Positions 44,046 through 58,082 of a stretch of 64,000 nt of DNA are shown here, piece after piece; within the stretch, counting starts at the first letter, position 1, and each line of letters opens with the position of its first letter. The notes below the pieces were generated by a model. It was not told where the DNA came from. It saw only the letters and a list, made by a program, of their open reading frames with translations, and ran no database searches. Location: positions 87,420,001 through 87,484,000 of the forward strand of contig OX597825.1 in assembly GCA_951406725.2 (NCBI GenBank), read 5' to 3'. This DNA is from Octopus vulgaris. Lineage: Eukaryota. The translations under genes and the position numbers were made by a program.

Positions 44046-44600
44046 ATGCCCTGATGCAGTACCAGGCAATGGCTCTCATGGCTTCTGATCTTAACTGATT
44101 GGAAGTGTTATCATGTATATTGTTTGTCTTGGTATAAAAGATGGGCTACAGCAAATATTCTGCTCAATACCACAGATTTGCTTGTCAGTTGTTTGACCTT
44201 AACCAGTTGAGCATGTCCCTTAGTGGCTGACGATATGTGCATCTCTGATCACGAGCAGAAGTAGTGGGGGAGCATCATAGCCATGTGTTGAGAGGGATTC
44301 TTTGGGGTTTGAATAGTTCACCTCTGGAAACATGGGTGGTTTTTTCAACATCCTTAAACAACCCTTATTCAGGGACCTTTTGAGCGGGATGGGCTACTCA
44401 ACCTGAAGAAAATTCTAACTGGGCCCCACCTGCAAGGTCATGTGCTGTTTATCTTGATATGAGATCACTATGTCGCGCACATTTGGTTGTGATGCATATG
44501 CCTGTTGTACCCTTATCAGACGGGTAGTCATGATGGGTATACTGGGCTTTGTATATTTTACCCCAGTGTCACTTTGATGGCATGCACTGCTCTCTCACTC
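44041..44600 (+). mobile_element. ~560-bp non-coding interspersed element embedded in (AAT)n
   Basis: Flanked by (AAT)n on both sides; its 3' ~330 bp recur at 23747-24081 with high similarity. Confidence 0.8.
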
Positions 44601-44677
<77 letters not shown>

Positions 44678-45574
44678 GAAGAAGAAGAAGAAGAAGAAGA
44701 AGTCGAAGAAGAAGAAGAAGAATGATAACAGCAACAACGATAGCAGCAACAACAGCAAAAACAATACTGCAAGCTTAAAAATTAGTTCTTATTTTTAGTT
44801 TGAGGGAGTGGAGCCATATTCGCTCTTAAATATCATCGACAGCAGAACTACCACTAGATGGCGTGGTTTGGATTTTGTTAGCATCCATTTCTTTTTCTCA
44901 AATTGTCTCATATCATCTTGAAGCTTTTTTACGCTAAATAATATACACACACTCCCCCCCCCACACACACGAATATATTTAATCCCTGCATATGAGTGTG
45001 TAAATATATATCTGTATCTCTCTCTCTCTCTCTCTCTCCCCCTCTCTCTATATATATATATACATATATATGAAGGGTTATTTATTTATTAATGTATGTA
45101 TTTACTGAACTGTTCTTTCCCTTTAAAGACAGACACGAACATTTTCCATTAAGGAGGGTCAAACTATCAAATACAAATGAGATTCATAAGAAAAAAAAAG
45201 GTTAGCAAAAAAATATCCTATTGATGTCAACGTAAGTGAAGCTACAGCAGTCACGATAGAATCTCACTGAAAGGTCGACATTTGACCAAAAGACGAAACT
45301 GAATAGTAAAGTTACTTTCTGCTCTTATCCTTCATATTTCGCTATTTTAAATTTTTTAAAAAATTGTTTAATATTTCTTCGTTTTTTCTTGCTACTACGC
45401 TCTTCCTCAATCGCAACCGCATTTTTTTCCTTTCTTTAGTCATATTTGAACATTTCCTTTATGCTTATTCTTTAGAAATGCGAAAGCGAAAGAAACGTTG
45501 CTTGTTAAGAAACAGCGTAAGAAATAGAGAGCTTTTGAAGAGTTGAAAATATTTTTGAAAATTTTATTTTGCAC

Positions 45575-45740
45575 AGAGGTAGGCATGGTTGTGTGGTTAA
45601 AAAGTTTGCTTCGCAATCACGCGGTTTTGGGTTCAGTTCCACTGCGTGGCTCCTTGGAATTATGTTTTTTACTATGACTCTCGAATGATCAATGCCTTAC
45701 GAGTGAAACTGAAAGACAGAAACTGTGGAGAATCCCTTCC
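45575..45740 (+). mobile_element. Decayed SINE family B 5' half (tail remnant near 45885-45915)
   Basis: tggttgtgtggttaa...gggttcagttccactgcgtgg; later cgactaaagtgctccagcatggccgca. Confidence 0.65.
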
Positions 45741-46321
45741 TATGCGTTTTCAAGCTTATATTTCTATCGGTTTCTCTCACCGTTTGAAAACCTCTCTTGG
45801 TTTGTTTAGGATGCCATAAAATAAAAAAGAGAATAATAAAGTAATTTACAAGTATTTTTAAACGATAAATATTAGAGCTGATTTGATCGACTAAAGTGCT
45901 CCAGCATGGCCGCATTTCAATAAAAGATCAATATTTCGCCGTTTGCAAACTGAGAGGCAGGATTGTAAAGGAGCTGTTGCGTGTATTCCTCCATGACATA
46001 CATGTCGAATTGTTGCAGTTCTATGTATGCATTGAAAACCACTGATATCTGCTGCGATACATCGAAACCTTGTGTTCCGCTCCAGCAACAAAATAACCAA
46101 TCAGCGCAAGTTTGCTCTCACTGTCACTTATTCTCCTCAAGTTTGTCATAGTCATGAAATTATAACTGATCAGTTTATTTTTGTTTTTGATTCACTTCCT
46201 GGTATACATCTTTAGGGAAACGAAACCGTTTAATAGAAATCAATGAGAACATGGCTGTATTTCGATACGAAAGACTGAAATCTTAATTTAGTTGTGGTAC
46301 ACCTACATGTCTGCGGTCCAG

Positions 46322-46463
46322 TTTTGAGTTCAAATTCCGCCGAGTTCGACTTTGCCGTTCATCCTTTCGGGTTCGATAAATTAAGTACCAGTTATGCACT
46401 GGGGCCGATCTAATCGATTAGCCCCGTCACCCAAACTTTCAGGCCTTGTGTCTTTAGTAGAAA

Positions 46464-46466
<3 letters not shown>
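46322..46466 (+). mobile_element. SINE family A, 5'-truncated
   Basis: gagttcaaattccgccgag.tcgactttgcc.ttcatcctttcggg.tcgataaattaagtacc. Confidence 0.8.
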
Positions 46467-46515
<49 letters not shown>

Positions 46516-46540
46516 GGGTGTGTGTGATTGTGTATAGAAG

Positions 46541-46747
46541 TATATATTAATAAAAGGAATTCCAACCTTGTCTGTCACCACTACTACATGAACCTGAATA
46601 TTGCAGAATTTAATGCATGAAAGTACTAGTTCAATCAGAATGAATATTTAACATTCTATTACTTTATTATATTATATTATATTATATTATATCATTATAA
46701 GATTGTAAATAAAACGTGAAAATCAGACAAGGTTGGAATTCCTTTTA

Positions 46748-46757
<10 letters not shown>
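46541..46757. mobile_element. Small MITE-like element with a perfect 34-bp terminal inverted repeat
   Basis: tatatattaataaaaggaattccaaccttgtctg (46541-46574) and its exact reverse complement (46724-46757). Confidence 0.75.
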
Positions 46758-46816
<59 letters not shown>

Positions 46817-46820
<4 letters not shown>

Positions 46821-46996
46821 GAGATTAATAGGAAAGCAAAAAAACAAAGACAAGTGTATTAAGAACAAACAGGTGTATTAGTTTAAACCTCGGAAAAATG
46901 AAACAGTCTTTTACGTTTCGAGCCTATGCTCTTCAACAGAAAGGCAAAGAGAAATTAAACAGAGAGAGTGAAATGAACTTGTAGATTTCAGCGGTC

Positions 46997-46998
<2 letters not shown>
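46817..46998 (-). mobile_element. Short hammerhead-bearing element, (TA)n-flanked (hammerhead at 46908-46943)
   Basis: Minus strand CTTT-CTGTTGA-A-GAGC-ATAG-GCTC-GAAA-CG-TA-AAAG; homologous to 47034-47236 in inverted orientation. Confidence 0.7.
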
Positions 46999-47033
<35 letters not shown>

Positions 47034-47036
<3 letters not shown>

Positions 47037-47236
47037 TCGCCATGATAGATCGTTGGTCACTACACACTTTCTTTTCTCTCCTTGGGACTCTCCTTGTTTT
47101 TGCTGTGTCCCTTTCTGTAGAAGAGCGTAGGCTCGAAACGTAAAAGACTTTTTCTATTCCTGAGCGTTATACTAATATATCTGTTTGTTTTGTACACCAC
47201 CTATCTTCATCGTTTGTTTTTTCCTAAACTCTCCCT
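47034..47236 (+). mobile_element. Short hammerhead-bearing element next to (TA)n (hammerhead at 47111-47146)
   Basis: CTTT-CTGTAGA-A-GAGC-GTAG-GCTC-GAAA-CG-TA-AAAG; shares the downstream actaata.a.ctgtttgtt motif with the neighbouring inverted copy. Confidence 0.7.
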
Positions 47237-47887
47237 ATATGCATACATGTATACATTCGTACATGTATATATGAAAATAGCTGTACACACACACACACAC
47301 ACGCACGTGTGTGCACAAGTGGATGAGTGTATTTGTGTCTTCGCATAAAGCAATCTAAGGACGCCGGTTCCCTCCAAGCCAATGCGTTCATATCGCGCCT
47401 TTCCTCTCGGATGATTTTTTCTCTTTTATCGTTTTTCTTTCTTTCTTATCAATCCACAAGTGCACCAACTGAACTTTTCTTCACTTCACACACATTCACC
47501 CTCCTATCTATGCACCGTGTGCAGTTCGTGGATTCTCGTAGGAAAGAAAAAAAAACCCTTAGTTTTTGCATGTGTATCGCTGTGTGTATGTATGTATGTT
47601 TGTATGTATATATGTTTCTGTGAACATATATGCATGTTTGTGTGTATGTGTGCTTGTGTGTGTATGTGTGTTTATAGTGTTGTATGTTATGCTTGAATAA
47701 AAAGGCAGATATTTTCTCTTCTATTACGTCTGTCTGTCTGTCCGTCTGTTTATACATGTGTGTGTGTGTGCATGTGTGATTGTGTGATTGTGAATGTGTG
47801 TATCTGTGTACTGGGGCAAATACAACCCCCTCACCCTTCACCCTACACTTACATATCACACACTGCTCTATGCCTACTCTCTCTCTC

Positions 47888-47929
<42 letters not shown>

Positions 47930-48310
47930 TTAGTATCTATATTTGTATTCGTTCTCTTTCATGCACGCGTTGCTTCTTTCACCCGAATTCCTTAGTTTTT
48001 CCTTCCCAATTCCTTCCTTCCTTCCTTTCACCTGTCTATTTCATATCGAATACATATTGTTTACATATTTCGTCTGCATCATTTTCTCTCCTTCCCATTT
48101 ATATATTCTTCTCTCCCCCCCCCCCACTCTCTCATACCTTTATTCATTCGCTTCTCTTCCTCCTCTTCATCCTCATTTTCCCAAGACTGCCACTTTCCAC
48201 TCTTTTCTCTTCTGTCTATAAAATTAGCTTCTTTCCTTTAATCATTCGTTCGATCTTTCTTTCCATTTTCTTTCATTCTTCATCTAATTATTTTATTCAT
48301 TTCTTTCACT

Positions 48311-48354
<44 letters not shown>

Positions 48355-48566
48355 TTTCTTTGTCTGTGGTTTTCTATCTCTCATTCTCTCTCTCTAATCT
48401 TTCTATTACATATATGTATGTGTGTGTGAGTGTGTGTGTGTGTGTGTGTATGTTTGTGTATGTGTGTGTATGTGTGTGCCTGTCTGATTCTCCCTCTCTT
48501 CCTTGCTCTGTCTCTCTCTCTATATATATACATACATGATATCCACATATGTATGTATATACAATG

Positions 48567-48635
<69 letters not shown>

Positions 48636-48757
48636 CATATATATACACACACATAAACTGTATGTATATATTTATATATTTCTATAATATAATTATACCT
48701 GTGTTTCAGACTTCCTACCTACCTGCTTAGCTACCTACCTACCTACCTACTTGCTTG

Positions 48758-48823
<66 letters not shown>

Positions 48824-49528
48824 AATCTATCTATCATCATTCATTCACATTTTTTCAACTTGCAAAATATTTCTTTCATCCTAGTATTTTTTTCCTTCCC
48901 CATCCTTTATGCAATATTTTTCATTCGTTTTATTTTTACTGCTACATGTATTTATAATATTCCCATATTTTTAAATATTCCTTTTTCTCTTCTTCCCAAT
49001 TATTCTCTTCCTTTCTCTCTCCACTTCTCACTCTCATTCTGTTTCACACTTCCCTTTTCATCGCTGTTATCGGAAAATCTTCGAAAGTAGCAAATGTTCA
49101 CTAAGTGATGAAGATAACATACTTTCTTGCAAATAAATAAATCAACACAGAAACGTAATAAAAGTGACTACATAAAAAAATAGAATTGAATGTACACAAA
49201 CACCCCGTGTTCAATGACGCTGTATTAAACTTTCTTATTCTTAGCAATCAGCTGTAGATTTTTTTCTTTAATTTAATTTATTTTTTCGCGTGAGTTTTCT
49301 ATAGATAAGAATAGGAAAAAACCAACGACAGTTCTAGACGTTTCAGTAACGCTTTCATATTGTAAATTTGTTTAAGTATAAATTGATATATGCATTTATA
49401 TAACACACCCCACGCACATAGTACATACACACACACACACACCTACACACATACATATATGTTATATACATATATATCATCAATATATATAGTATATATC
49501 GTGTATGTTGTGTATGAGTGTGTGTACA

Positions 49529-49610
<82 letters not shown>

Positions 49611-49651
49611 CAATTATACATATACATATATATGTATATGTATGTCTAAGT

Positions 49652-49697
<46 letters not shown>

Positions 49698-50874
49698 TAC
49701 TGGAAATAGTAATTCTAAGAAGTATAAAAATATACACACACACACTTGTTGTTGCATAAAGAATGGAAGAAAAGATTGCGATGATGCGTTAGTAATAGTA
49801 ATTGTACTGTTGCGTTAGTAATTGTTAAAATTGCTGCAGTTTAAGTATTACCGTTTTGTAGTAAAATTAGAGGATTGGTTAGGAAATATTAGTAAAAGCA
49901 GGAAAGTGGAAAAATAAAATCTCGTGAAACAGCATGAAGCTGATTGGAGAGAAAAAGTGTTGAAATAGTAATATTTTCTCACATTGGTGATAGAATCAGT
50001 CTGGCAATGTTTAAATCCATGCTGTATCATCATAGAAACATAGTATCCATATACATATGTATATATGTGTGTGTGTGTGTGTAATTTATATATATGTATA
50101 TATATATATATATAAGCATATGAACGCAGAAGTGGTAGCTCGGTTATGTTATAGATGTTGATTTTGTTTTATTTGAGAGTAAACAACTAATTTATACCCG
50201 GTGTTTAGCAAACTGAATCAGCTTATCCTATCTGACGCTACTAATTCAACCAACTTAGTCCCATTTGCACACACAGACACACGTTCGCGCGCATATTCAT
50301 AGAAATATGTAGAGAAAAGATCTATGACGCTGATGCCCTTATTTGATTAATGGATCGAGATTTTCTCGCGCGTATAATCCAATTCCTTTTTCTAAGCCGA
50401 CGAAATTTTTGTCAGTTCCTCAGTATGTCTGTATATTAAGAGCAGCATCTCTAGTACCAAGTGAAGCTGGTAATCTAGTAAGACAAAATGAGCAGTACTA
50501 TTTGTGAAGAAATTCAAAATATTTGTATGGAGGTGTTTAATCTATATCTGAAAGATACCTGTTTGTGAGAAGGTATTTCGTGGCCAAAGCTGTTAATTCT
50601 TTATGCACAGGAGTCTTCCGTGTTTTTAAATGAAAAGAAAAACGATCTCTTGTCAAAATTAACCGCAGTCCAGTTTATACAAATGCTGGTAGAATGTAGG
50701 AATGCGGAAGCCCTCTTGACCTACGAATCTGATCCAATGTATATGAGTTAGAGCCGTGAGGTTGGACATTTTATGGGATAAATGGTCGTCCTTGGCACCT
50801 CCGAAAGATTCGTTTATATTGTTCGCAAAACCTTTGCTTCTATCAAAAGGTCACCTCCCCACCCAATGACACAC

Positions 50875-51155
50875 AGAAGCTCACTTTAGTCAAGTCTGGC
50901 TACGAAAAAACAACGGTCATAGAAGAAATCTTAGTTTATATAGATCTAGGTATGACAAATCGCTCACTAGTGACAAAAGTGAGCAGCTTTTTTGCATAGA
51001 TCCAGCTATGAGAAACCCATGATGACAAGAGAAAGCTCACTTTATATAACTCTAGTGGCGCGTGAAAGGAGAAAGTTCGATTAAAAAAAATCTGGTTACG
51101 TGAAATCAGTGATATGAAAACAAAATCTAACTTTTATAAAGATCTCATTATGAAA
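50875..51155. repeat. Highly decayed minisatellite, period roughly 50-60 bp
   Basis: Recurring aa(g/t)ctcacttta..(a)gatct.g.tatga.aaa-like motif, about 5-6 times. Confidence 0.4.
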
Positions 51156-51771
51156 ATATGAATAGGGCTGATATTTAAGGGGATCATGAACTTGAGAGTT
51201 TACCAAAGATATTGATAATATTCAATTGTTAGAGGGAGAGAAAGTGACAGAGTTCGGTCGCTCCGTTGTTAGGATCTAAAAGACACGTAGCAACGCGTGA
51301 TCCAATCTTTGTATGGAATCTAATGGCAGTTGTGAAGAGTGGTGGTCCTTGAGAGCTATCCTTAAATCCTTAAAAATGTTTCAGCCCGAAGGCCGCGGCC
51401 ATGCTGGGGCACCACCGCTGAAACTAAGTTGCTATGTACATTTTTTACTGTTATACAGCAGTTCCAGTGACAAAATGATGGTCATATTCTACTCGAGAAG
51501 GTAATCCACACTCCATAAACCCCAACGTTCGAAAATACGTTAGAATTTCTGAATGTCCCTGACATACGGGAAATGTATTTTTTTAATTTTTTAAAAATTT
51601 GGTTTTTGTGTTTGTTCTTGTTACAAACTCGTTGCTAAGGAAACCAGAAATAATAAGAAAACGTTGGAACATCAGAACGAAAAGAAAAAAATTATTGAAT
51701 TAATGATTTTAAAATACATCATTTGTAAATTAACCACCTTAGAGTTTATATTTATTTAAATATGTTGTATC

Positions 51772-51812
<41 letters not shown>

Positions 51813-54115
51813 CTAGAATTGAACAAAACCGTTAATTTTGTTTAAATTTGCTTAAATTCTATTATGGGAATAAGTTGACAAAATATTGAGCCAAACGTAT
51901 CGTTCGCTTCATCATGGAATTTATTTCTCAAGAAGCTGATTCGTGAAAATACCTTTAAGGTGGCATATTTTCTTAGAACTGGTATATAGATGTCACAAAA
52001 GTACTCTAATAGTAATGAGTGTGATTGAGGCAGGTGGTGTGTGAATCTGTACAAATTAATAATCAATATTTCCATACTGATTGGTTCCATAAAGAAACGC
52101 AAACAAAAAAAACAAACCAAACTCATTCATTGTAGAAAAATTATGTCTGATAAGAAAAACTCTCTGCAATATTTCTAGAGAATACAACAGACAGGCTCTA
52201 ATGAAAGACGTTTTTATCTTGTTAACTTTTTCTTTTGTAAATACAAAATTATTAATGCAATAGAGCGAAATGGATTGTGTTTGTTGTAGATATAATTGGT
52301 TAAACACACATGCGCTCGAACCTACACCCCGCTCACTGGCACACACAAAAATGCATCACGAACACGTATGCATATATGTATACATATATATATATATATA
52401 TATATGCAAGTGAGTAAACAAATAGATATACACATACATATATATACACATAGACACACAGATAGTTAGATACATATGTACACTCACATTCATGTATGAC
52501 ATACAAATACATGTATATATGTATGTGTGTGTATGTGTTCATTTTTTACATATGCGTATGAAAATAAACAATTAGTCACAGAATTGCGATTCAATATAAT
52601 GATATATTTACCATTTTAATATATGTTTGTTATATACATACATACATAAATATATACATATATGTATATATATATATACACACACATATATATAATGCAA
52701 CGTAAATTTGCAGTTAAGTTTAATTTAATGTACCTAACACAAAAATTAAATCTCTCTCGTCACTCTATTCCTCTCTATCTCTCTTTCTTTCTCTGTCCCT
52801 TTTTGTTTTTCTCCTCTTACTCCTTCTTTCTCTCTATCTCTCTCTGTATGTATCACTGTCTTTCTTTACCAATCTACATTTATTTAGTTCTTGGTTATTT
52901 TTCTGCGTTTACATGAGAGTTCTTGACATACAAATGTTGTATCATCAAACTGTACATGATACGACTACATCGAATAATGAAAGAGGTGAATTCTTTTCTA
53001 GAAGAACCATTTCTTGCTCGGTGGCTAGAAACTTCAAAACCTCTCAGTGACTCTACTTTTCACATGAGATAAACTCTTTGGACAGTGGGACTTTTGAAGA
53101 CGATATCGTATTTTTATTTAGCTGAGGAGTATGAGCTATATGCGTGTGCTGTCTTGTATGTGGTTGCCAAATCGAAGGGGTACGTAAAGATAAATGATTG
53201 TTTTCTGTCCTTACGAAACAAGTATATAAAGTTAAATAGGGAAGTGGAAGAGAAGGTGTGAGGAAAGGTTCTGGTGACAATATTGGGGCTGAACAGACAT
53301 AAAAGTTACAGAAACTTACGTGTATTGGGGCATGAACTATCGCATGGCCATGGCTAATGTATGTGGGTTGATATTTGTCGAAGTGCAGTAGATGTTGATT
53401 GGGTACAGACAACTGCAATAAGGGGGTGGGGTTCATGTTTTTTGAATTGGAGTGGATGTATTGAGTTTAGGGTGTGTGTAGGGCCAAGATCAAGTTTCGT
53501 TAGTATTTGTTGTTACCGACATTCGAATGAATTTACAAATATATACACAAGGCATTTAACAAAATGGCTTCCAAATTTTAGTCAGTTAGGTAAGAAACAC
53601 GCATTAAATTCGTGACCCTCGAGTCACTTATATAATTTTCTGCAGATTAAATATCAAAATAAATATGTATCAAGTTCGATTTCTCCATTTTGCTCTGCCA
53701 AACATATATACACGTATATCAAGCTCTTTCTCTGTCTCTCTGTATAAATATATATGTATAAATGTATATGTGATATGTATGCATGTATATGTGTGTATGC
53801 ATGTATGTGTATATGCGCGTGCGTGTGTGTGTGAGTGTGTGTGTGTGTGTTTGTGTGAAAGCCGAAGATTATTTCACAAAATGTTATTCAGAGTTTCACT
53901 CTCCCGTTCGTTGTACTCTGAATCACAACTGTTCGACAAACGGTAACGTGAAGCCCTGAGTAACAGATCGTGAAATTTTTTCCTGCTTTCATAAAAGTAT
54001 ATTACTCTACCTTCGGTGTTCGAGTACTATATTTTTCAATCTTGTTTTGCACGTGCTTACTCGTATACATATACATACATACATACATACATACATACAT
54101 ACATACATACATACA

Positions 54116-54149
<34 letters not shown>

Positions 54150-54294
54150 CATACATACATAAATACATGCTTGCATGCATACATGCGTACATGTACGCAT
54201 ACGCATGGACATGAATGCATGCATGCATAAGTACGTACGTACATGCATACATATGTATGTATATATACACATGTGTGTATGTATATATATATAA

Positions 54295-55225
54295 ATAAAT
54301 GAGTAACGATGATGTGCAGGTGTCAATTCATTACGGCCGTTTCAAGTGACTCCTATAATTGATTAATAGAAACATTGCATCTATCTGCGGCTTTATATAG
54401 CTATGGTAAGACCTCACCTGGAATTTGCATCACCGGTCTGGAACCCCTATCTTGCCCAGGATATCAATCGTCTGGAAGCCGTTCAGTGAGGTGCAACCAA
54501 AAGAATACCCTCCATCAGGCATTTTCCGTATCCTGAACGCCTTACTTCCCTGGGCATGGACACATTGAAACTCCGACGTCTGGCAGCTGACTTGGCAGAC
54601 ACCCATAAAATTATCAAACATCGTACAAACAATAACTCTGAGCACCTTTTCAAACTCCACCCATCTAACACCCGTGGACATATTTACAAAGTCAGAAAAC
54701 AGTACAGCCCCCATGACTTCAGGAAACATTTTTTCACGCTGAGAGTTGCTGAAGCATGGAACAAACTGCCGGCATCAGTTGTTAGTTGTCGGAGCACTGC
54801 ATCCTTCAAAACTTCCATGCTTTCTGAGATTCGCCAACACTACACCTGATTTTCTCCCCTCCATACACACACAAGCATGTATCTGACTCATACATTGTTC
54901 GCTTTCCAGACATTTGTACATTACTGCATATACTCTATACGCACTTCCTGACAAGTTGTGGTGCACCTGAGCACTGTATACAATAATTTCATTATTATTA
55001 TATAAACCGTTGTCGTCAGATGACCACATAGACTTCAAACATAAAGGATGCATCTACTGCTTTAACATATTCACAACGATAATGGAAATCAAAATATTTC
55101 CATTGTTTCTGTTGTCATATCTCTGGCAGAGAACGGCGTCTTTCAAATAATGAAATGTTTTCTTTAATCAATTAAGGAAACGGCCGTAATTAATTGACAC
55201 CTGTGCATCTTCATTACTCATTTAT
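54295..55225. mobile_element. MITE-like element with ~80-bp terminal inverted repeats, interrupted by the CR1 insertion
   Basis: ataaatgagtaacgatgatgtgcaggtgtcaattcattacggccgtttc matches the reverse complement of gaaacggccgtaattaattgacacctgtgcatcttcattactcatttat. Confidence 0.75.
54378..55000 (+). mobile_element. CR1-clade LINE 3' fragment
   Basis: LYIAMVRPHLEFASPVWNPYLAQDINRLEAVQ*GATK...YPERLTSLGMDTLKLRR...TRGH...FFTLRVAEAWNKLP; one in-frame stop; (ATT)n tail. Confidence 0.9.
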
Positions 55226-55344
55226 ATTTTATTCACCTACCTTGGATCTGCACTTCGGAAATACTATAAAAAGTAGCTTCATATAAATACATATCTGAAT
55301 TACCAAGAGCGGATATCTTCAGTTGGCTGGGTTGAGGAGTCTCC

Positions 55345-55457
55345 ACACACGGCAGGAATATCAGGTGTTCGAAAAATAAGGGGTGTTACCTTAGTTCACT
55401 GGCAGTGAACAGCCTGCATCATAGTACATCTCCAACGTTAGAAGCTGTGCAAGGACA
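55345..55457 (+). mobile_element. Probable second, decayed R4/Dong-like 3' end
   Basis: acggcaggaata..caggtgttcgaaaaataa could be a decayed GTA.I.R.VFEK* end; followed by a short UTR and a long (TAA)n. Confidence 0.4.
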
Positions 55458-55519
<62 letters not shown>

Positions 55520-57350
55520 TATAATAATAATAATAATGATAATAATGATTATGATAATGATGATGATGATGATGATGATGACGACGATGATGATGATGAT
55601 GACGACGACGACGATGATGATGATGATGATGATGATGATAACAATAGTAATAAATATAATAATAATCGTATTACATGGAGATATTCACTACCCCCCTCCT
55701 CAAGCTTTCAGTCATACTGCAACATCTCTTATCCTTCTAAATTCTAGATAGTTATATGTATACAGATGTGTATTATACACACACGCGCACATATGTAGAT
55801 ACATACACACACGCATTACACACGCGCAATACACACACACAGACACATATATACGCTTATAGCCAGGTGAAGTTAATCCGGCCGAAACTTCGAAATCACT
55901 GTCAACCCTCCACAAAAAGTATTGCATATTTACTTTATATTAACTTGCCTTTACTATAAAACAGAAAACGTACGCACACACTTACACACACACACGTACA
56001 CACACACACACACTTACACACACACACATACACACACACTTACACACACACACACACACACACACATGTACGGTTGTATATTTGCAACCCGTTTTAACTA
56101 TTGTAATCATGTCATTCGATTGTCTTATTGTCTTTCCGGCTTTGTTGGCGTCCATTGTTTTCTTCTGATTCTTGTTGTTTCATTATTCGTCATCACTTCA
56201 TGTTTTGCTGGTTCCTAATAGCAAAATGAAATGACCTGTGACTGTCCCAGACATTACGTTATGGCCAATAACTCGCTGGATGTTGTTTCTCTCGATTTTA
56301 CTAGTTTGCTTATCTCTGTATGCTTCCACGTGTTTGGTGAGGATTTATTCAGACGTTGCAAAACAAAGTTCAGCACCAGAAAACCTAAGAGAATAAATGG
56401 TTGTTATCAAAGCCGAAAAAAAAGACAACAAAAACAAAACAGAGAGCAAAAAAATCACTCCCAAAAAGTGTTAGAAGTTAATGTTTTACCTAAATTATTT
56501 TTGATCAATCAGATTTATGATCGAAGCCGTTGAAGTTACACACTTCCCGGCTTTGTTCCCGTATTGTGTATGCAAGACTACGTTAACTAATATCCCAGTT
56601 GAAAGGCGATACGGTCTGGTTGGAAGGAGAATTGTTTGCCATTTCTAGCAGTTTATGTGGCGATATAGCAATGTAGTGATGCTTAATGATAACGTTTGTC
56701 TGTCATGAGAAGTGAATTGTAAAGTTTAGAGTGGACCGTCGCCCCTTGTTGCTTGTGAGATTTTAAGCAAGAATATGGCAGTTGCTTTCAAAGAATTCAG
56801 GTTCTAAGTGGCAGACAGTCATCTTGATTGGAAAAGTCTATAGGTTTAGTAACCTATTCATGAGAACTTTTGAATTCAACAGTATATTACTCCTACTAGG
56901 AGTACCAGCCACATTTCTTCTGTGCATGTGTGGTGTTGGTGAATAAATGAGTGTGTTTGTGCGTGTGTGTGAGTGTGTGTGCGTGCATGTGTGCGTATGT
57001 GTGTATGTTAATATGTGTGTGCATGTATGTGTGTTGATGCAGTATGGTGGAACGGTGAAAGGGGTTTGCATCGCGGATTTATTCTTGCGGCATAACATCT
57101 TAGGTGAGTGACATTTAGCATTGTCCCGAACCCGCTGAGCCATCGTAGGCGGAAATACGTGGACGAAAACCGCTCGGAGACCCATCAAATAGATTGCTCT
57201 CTTAATTCAAAGGTGGAACCTGGTCACGTGCTCTATTTCCTTGATACGCATCTGTGGAATACTTAGCAGCTTGGGCGTTAATACAATGAGTTTATTGAAC
57301 AACGCAACTCGCATACTTGAAACTGACGGAGATCCATCTCGAGTACATGA

Positions 57351-57592
57351 ACACATACATACATACATACACACATACATACATACATACATACATGCAT
57401 ACATACATACATACATACATACGTACATACATACATACATACATACATACAAACATGCATGCATACATACATGCATACATACATACATACATGCATACAT
57501 ACATACATACATGCATACATACATACATACATACATACATACATACATACATACATACATACATACATACATACATACATACATGCATGCAT
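57351..57592. repeat. (CATA)n microsatellite
   Basis: Direct reading; similar tracts at ~21757-21825 and 54066-54160. Confidence 0.95.
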
Positions 57593-58082
57593 ATAGAGAG
57601 TGACGGGGGTGGGTAGAAGGTGAGAGAGAGAAACATACATATAGGTGTGCGCATCTGCGTATAGGTGTTTATTGTGTGTGCATTGTCCGTCATAAATTAA
57701 GGGCGTGCTTTCTGTTCGTTAATATTTCCGAGAAGCGAATAAATGTTGAATGAATCTCGACACATTGAATAAAGTATTAAAATCCGATTTGCTACCATTT
57801 ACAAGTGTTACGATAAGTAATAAATACAAGATTAATGAGACATTAGGAGAAACGTTTGCCGTTCATAGTTGACGAGTGATGGTGATTTGGCAGATATTAA
57901 ACATGAGTTTAGTGAAATGTTATGAAGTGGATAAACAATGACTGCATTGCAGGGAGAATGGTAAGGTTAGAGAGAGATAAGGGTCGACATAATGATCGAA
58001 ATGTTCAAAGTGTTATTGTTGATCAGATAATATTTCGTGCTGTATCAATAATGGTTATTAATTGTTTAATTGTTTATTGTAG

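Noticed and set aside
50875-51155. Spaced repeats superficially like a CRISPR array
   Set aside because: Repeats are highly degenerate and irregular, the context is eukaryotic and no cas genes are present.
53115-53232. CTGAGGA-GTA...TAC-GAAA as a long-loop hammerhead
   Set aside because: Only a 3-bp stem II across ~80 nt, a non-palindromic loop III and weak stem I; compatible with chance.
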